Source: a virus
Lineage: Duplodnaviria > Caudoviricetes
Length of the DNA: 59,539 nt
IMG/VR virus record: IMGVR_UViG_3300042431_000893
Span: 1 to 59,539 of that record
Strand: one strand, 5' to 3'
A program made the position numbers and the translations under genes. Within the stretch, counting starts at the first letter, position 1. Every line of letters starts with the position of its first letter. Positions 57,206 to 59,539 of this stretch are shown piece after piece. The notes below the pieces were generated by a model. The model was not told where the DNA came from. It saw only the letters and a program-made list of their open reading frames with translations, and made no database searches.

Positions 57206-57691
57206 ATGGGATTAGATAATATTCCTAAAGAATATCCTTGTGCTGCAAAAGCAACAAGAGATTCTGATAATAGAATTGATTGTGCTAAAACACAAGAAGA
57301 AAATAATTGTTCTTGGAAAAATGAAAAAGAGAGTAATCCTATGGTCAACAATATAGATAAAGTTGCAAGTATGTTTGGAACTGATTGTTGGTATAGAGGT
57401 AAGTATGGCAATTTTCTTTTAGATATTTTGCACGATAAAGTTGATCAATTTGAAAATTATGAATATGATTTTTATGGAGAAGGTGATGATGGTTTAGACA
57501 CTGATTATTGTTTTGATATGGCAAAATGGATGAGAGATAATACAGAAAAATTTGCCTTTAATGCAAAAAAATATACAGAAGAAAATCAATCAAATGGAAA
57601 TGTAAAAGATTATATTGATGATTGGACTTACGCTATTTGGTGGTTAGAATTTGTTGGTAAAACTTCTAATGGCTCAGCAGTTTGGTGGTGA
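57206..57691 (+). CDS. Hypothetical protein
   Basis: 161 aa; MGLD start; CWYRGK. Confidence 0.7.
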   Translation: MGLDNIPKEYPCAAKATRDSDNRIDCAKTQEENNCSWKNEKESNPMVNNIDKVASMFGTDCWYRGKYGNFLLDILHDKVDQFENYEYDFYGEGDDGLDTDYCFDMAKWMRDNTEKFAFNAKKYTEENQSNGNVKDYIDDWTYAIWWLEFVGKTSNGSAVWW

Positions 57692-57695
57692 TTAA

Positions 57696-58082
57696 ATGTT
57701 TAATGAAGATGATATTAACAATATAGGTAAAGATCCAAATTCAATTCCAGATGGAGTAATGGATGCTACTGAGTTTTATGAAGACTTAGTGTTTCTATCT
57801 AAGCAATTAGAAGAAACTGATTATGAATCTATGGACAGCAAAATGAAAACTATGATGAATGTAATTAATTATTATCATAACAAAACTGAAGATAATTCAA
57901 TAGATATCAATACCGATAAGCTTTATGGTATTACAATCGGTCTTCTATTTCATATGGCAAATTTATTTGTCGGTATGGGAGATGAAGGTAAAGTTGAGTA
58001 TTGGGAGTATATTAATAATGAATTACTACCTACAATGAAAGAAGAAAAAACAATTCTACCGTATTGGGATAATGATGAGTGA
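57696..58082 (+). CDS. Hypothetical acidic protein
   Basis: 128-aa ORF in a tightly packed run. Confidence 0.65.
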   Translation: MFNEDDINNIGKDPNSIPDGVMDATEFYEDLVFLSKQLEETDYESMDSKMKTMMNVINYYHNKTEDNSIDINTDKLYGITIGLLFHMANLFVGMGDEGKVEYWEYINNELLPTMKEEKTILPYWDNDE

Positions 58083-58371
58083 TAGCAGCACAGATGATAG
58101 TTGGAGAAAAAATGCTTTATGTAAAAAATATAAAGACATTGATTTCTTTTCCGAAGATATTCTTAGTATAAGAAAATCATTAAATATCTGTAAGCAATGT
58201 GTAGTTGCTGTTGAGTGTTTAAAACATTCAATTGAGCAAAAAGAATCATACGGTATTTGGGGTTGTTCAACTCAAAGAGAAAGAAGAAAGATTATCAAAA
58301 ACAAAATTAACTTAAGTGATAGAGAACTAAAACAGATTGTGTTAAAAAATGGAAACAATGTATTGTCTTAA
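58072..58371 (+). CDS. whiB: Second WhiB-family regulator
   Basis: WRKNALC...FF...ICKQCVVAVEC...YGIWGCSTQRER. Confidence 0.85.
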   Translation: MMSDSSTDDSWRKNALCKKYKDIDFFSEDILSIRKSLNICKQCVVAVECLKHSIEQKESYGIWGCSTQRERRKIIKNKINLSDRELKQIVLKNGNNVLS

Positions 58372-58507
58372 AATAACTAAAGAAATTTATATTCCTGATG
58401 TAACTGAAAAGGAAGCAACAAAAATGCTTAATGATTTAGTTAATAAAGAATACAGAAATGCAAATAATAAAATACAAATTCATTCAGAAGTACAACTTTG
58501 TTTGTAA
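58358..58507 (+). CDS. Hypothetical 49-aa protein
   Basis: Below the ORF-track cutoff; fills the gap between neighbours. Confidence 0.45.
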   Translation: MYCLKITKEIYIPDVTEKEATKMLNDLVNKEYRNANNKIQIHSEVQLCL

Positions 58508-58521
58508 AAGGACAATTAACT

Positions 58522-59064
58522 ATGAAAAAAAATAAAATTCAAAAAGATATGAATTTAAACTTTAATGAAAAAGTTTCAGTTCAAGAAGTTGAAAATAATT
58601 TAGGTATTTACTTTGGTGAAATACCAAGTGATATAAATGTTAAGAAATATGTTCGCCAAGATAATTCATTAGCAATTAATGTTAAATGGTATCACCCTAA
58701 ATTTAATAATAAATTAATTTCTAATAAAGAACTATTTGAAGAGGTAAGTCAAACAATAATCAGTGTGTTTTGGTATAAAGCAAATCAAATTGCTATTAAT
58801 TACGGCTACACTACTTGTTTGCCAACAGGTCGGAGTGATGGTTGGGCTGAGCCTTTGGTGAAATCTAAAAATACTAATATATTAAACTCAATAGTATACT
58901 GGGGTAAAGAAAATAAAACATTAGAATATTTGATTCAACTTAAAATATTTTCTATGTTCGCTAATGATATAGAGAATCTTTTTAAATTAATTGATAAAGA
59001 AATTCAAACAGTAACAAATATGGAAGAATTTATTGTTCTTCAAAACAAGATTTACGATTTATAA
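58522..59064 (+). CDS. Hypothetical protein
   Basis: AAGGA RBS before ATG 58522; AINVK and GRSDGW motifs. Confidence 0.65.
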   Translation: MKKNKIQKDMNLNFNEKVSVQEVENNLGIYFGEIPSDINVKKYVRQDNSLAINVKWYHPKFNNKLISNKELFEEVSQTIISVFWYKANQIAINYGYTTCLPTGRSDGWAEPLVKSKNTNILNSIVYWGKENKTLEYLIQLKIFSMFANDIENLFKLIDKEIQTVTNMEEFIVLQNKIYDL

Positions 59065-59093
59065 AAAATATAAACAACAAAAAGGAAAAAACA

Positions 59094-59492
59094 ATGAGTA
59101 AGCAATTGAGTTGTGAACAAAGAATACAAGAAAGTATAGATTACACAGAACTTCATATTAAAGCTATGTTTGCAGTAGCGCATAATGAAATAGATGATCT
59201 TGATGATGAAGATTCAGATGATATGGAAGTATTAAAATATATCAATACAAATGATGTTAATGATACTGATATTTATGAATATTCATTAGGTACTGATATT
59301 CATAAACACTACAGAATACATTTGTCAACAGGTGGGCCTGCTTCTTTTATTGAAGTTATTACTGACCTTGAAGATGAAATTATAGATGTATATTATCATT
59401 TTCAAGATTGGTTTGATGGTGCTAAAAGAAAAGTTGATGAAACTTCACCAATTTATCGTTATGCAATGATGATGTTAGAAGTCAATAATTAA
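59094..59492 (+). CDS. Hypothetical acidic protein
   Basis: 132 aa; AAGGA RBS; LSTGGP...FQDWFD. Confidence 0.7.
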   Translation: MSKQLSCEQRIQESIDYTELHIKAMFAVAHNEIDDLDDEDSDDMEVLKYINTNDVNDTDIYEYSLGTDIHKHYRIHLSTGGPASFIEVITDLEDEIIDVYYHFQDWFDGAKRKVDETSPIYRYAMMMLEVNN

Positions 59493-59539
59493 TATATTAA
59501 AATTTTGTAATTCATTGGTTAAAAGATCGTGGGTGTTCT

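Noticed and set aside
1-59539. Stop-codon reassignment, tRNA genes, integrase or diversity-generating retroelement
   Set aside because: Genes are intact in the standard code with all three stops used; I saw no cloverleaf, recombinase or reverse transcriptase.

Overview
A 59.5-kb segment of a large, AT-rich tailed phage with a long non-contractile (siphovirus-type) tail. It very likely infects Actinomycetota: it has two WhiB genes, an actinobacterial-type ferredoxin, an actinophage-type holin and M15 endolysin, and leaderless genes behind extended -10 promoters. A freshwater Acidimicrobiia-like host is my inference. Order: truncated flavin-dependent halogenase (minus strand); accessory genes (lipoprotein, thermonuclease, ferredoxin, 1030-aa mucin-like membrane protein); lysis; neck and tail module (tail tube, chaperone with a -1 frameshift, 1950-aa tape measure, two paralogous Dit-like proteins, PA14/LamG tail-tip protein, fibre ending in Pro/Thr repeats followed by an O-fucosyltransferase-like and a 2OG-Fe(II) oxygenase gene); replication (DnaB, DnaG, SSB, DnaE); a six-gene glycosyltransferase/methyltransferase operon; recombination and modification (RecA, resolvases, Cas4-like nuclease, C5 methyltransferase with an overlapping out-of-frame subunit); terminase; a repeat-rich non-coding gap; and a very AT-rich block of small early-type genes. 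I saw no capsid, portal, integrase, tRNA or CRISPR array. The strongest leads are a candidate phage-encoded protein glycosylation/hydroxylation system (seven glycosyltransferase-like genes plus Thr/Pro-rich candidate acceptors), genome-wide CCGG enrichment alongside a split, multi-TRD methyltransferase, and paired repeat signals near the terminase. All family calls come from motif recognition and all counts are by eye; no searches were run.
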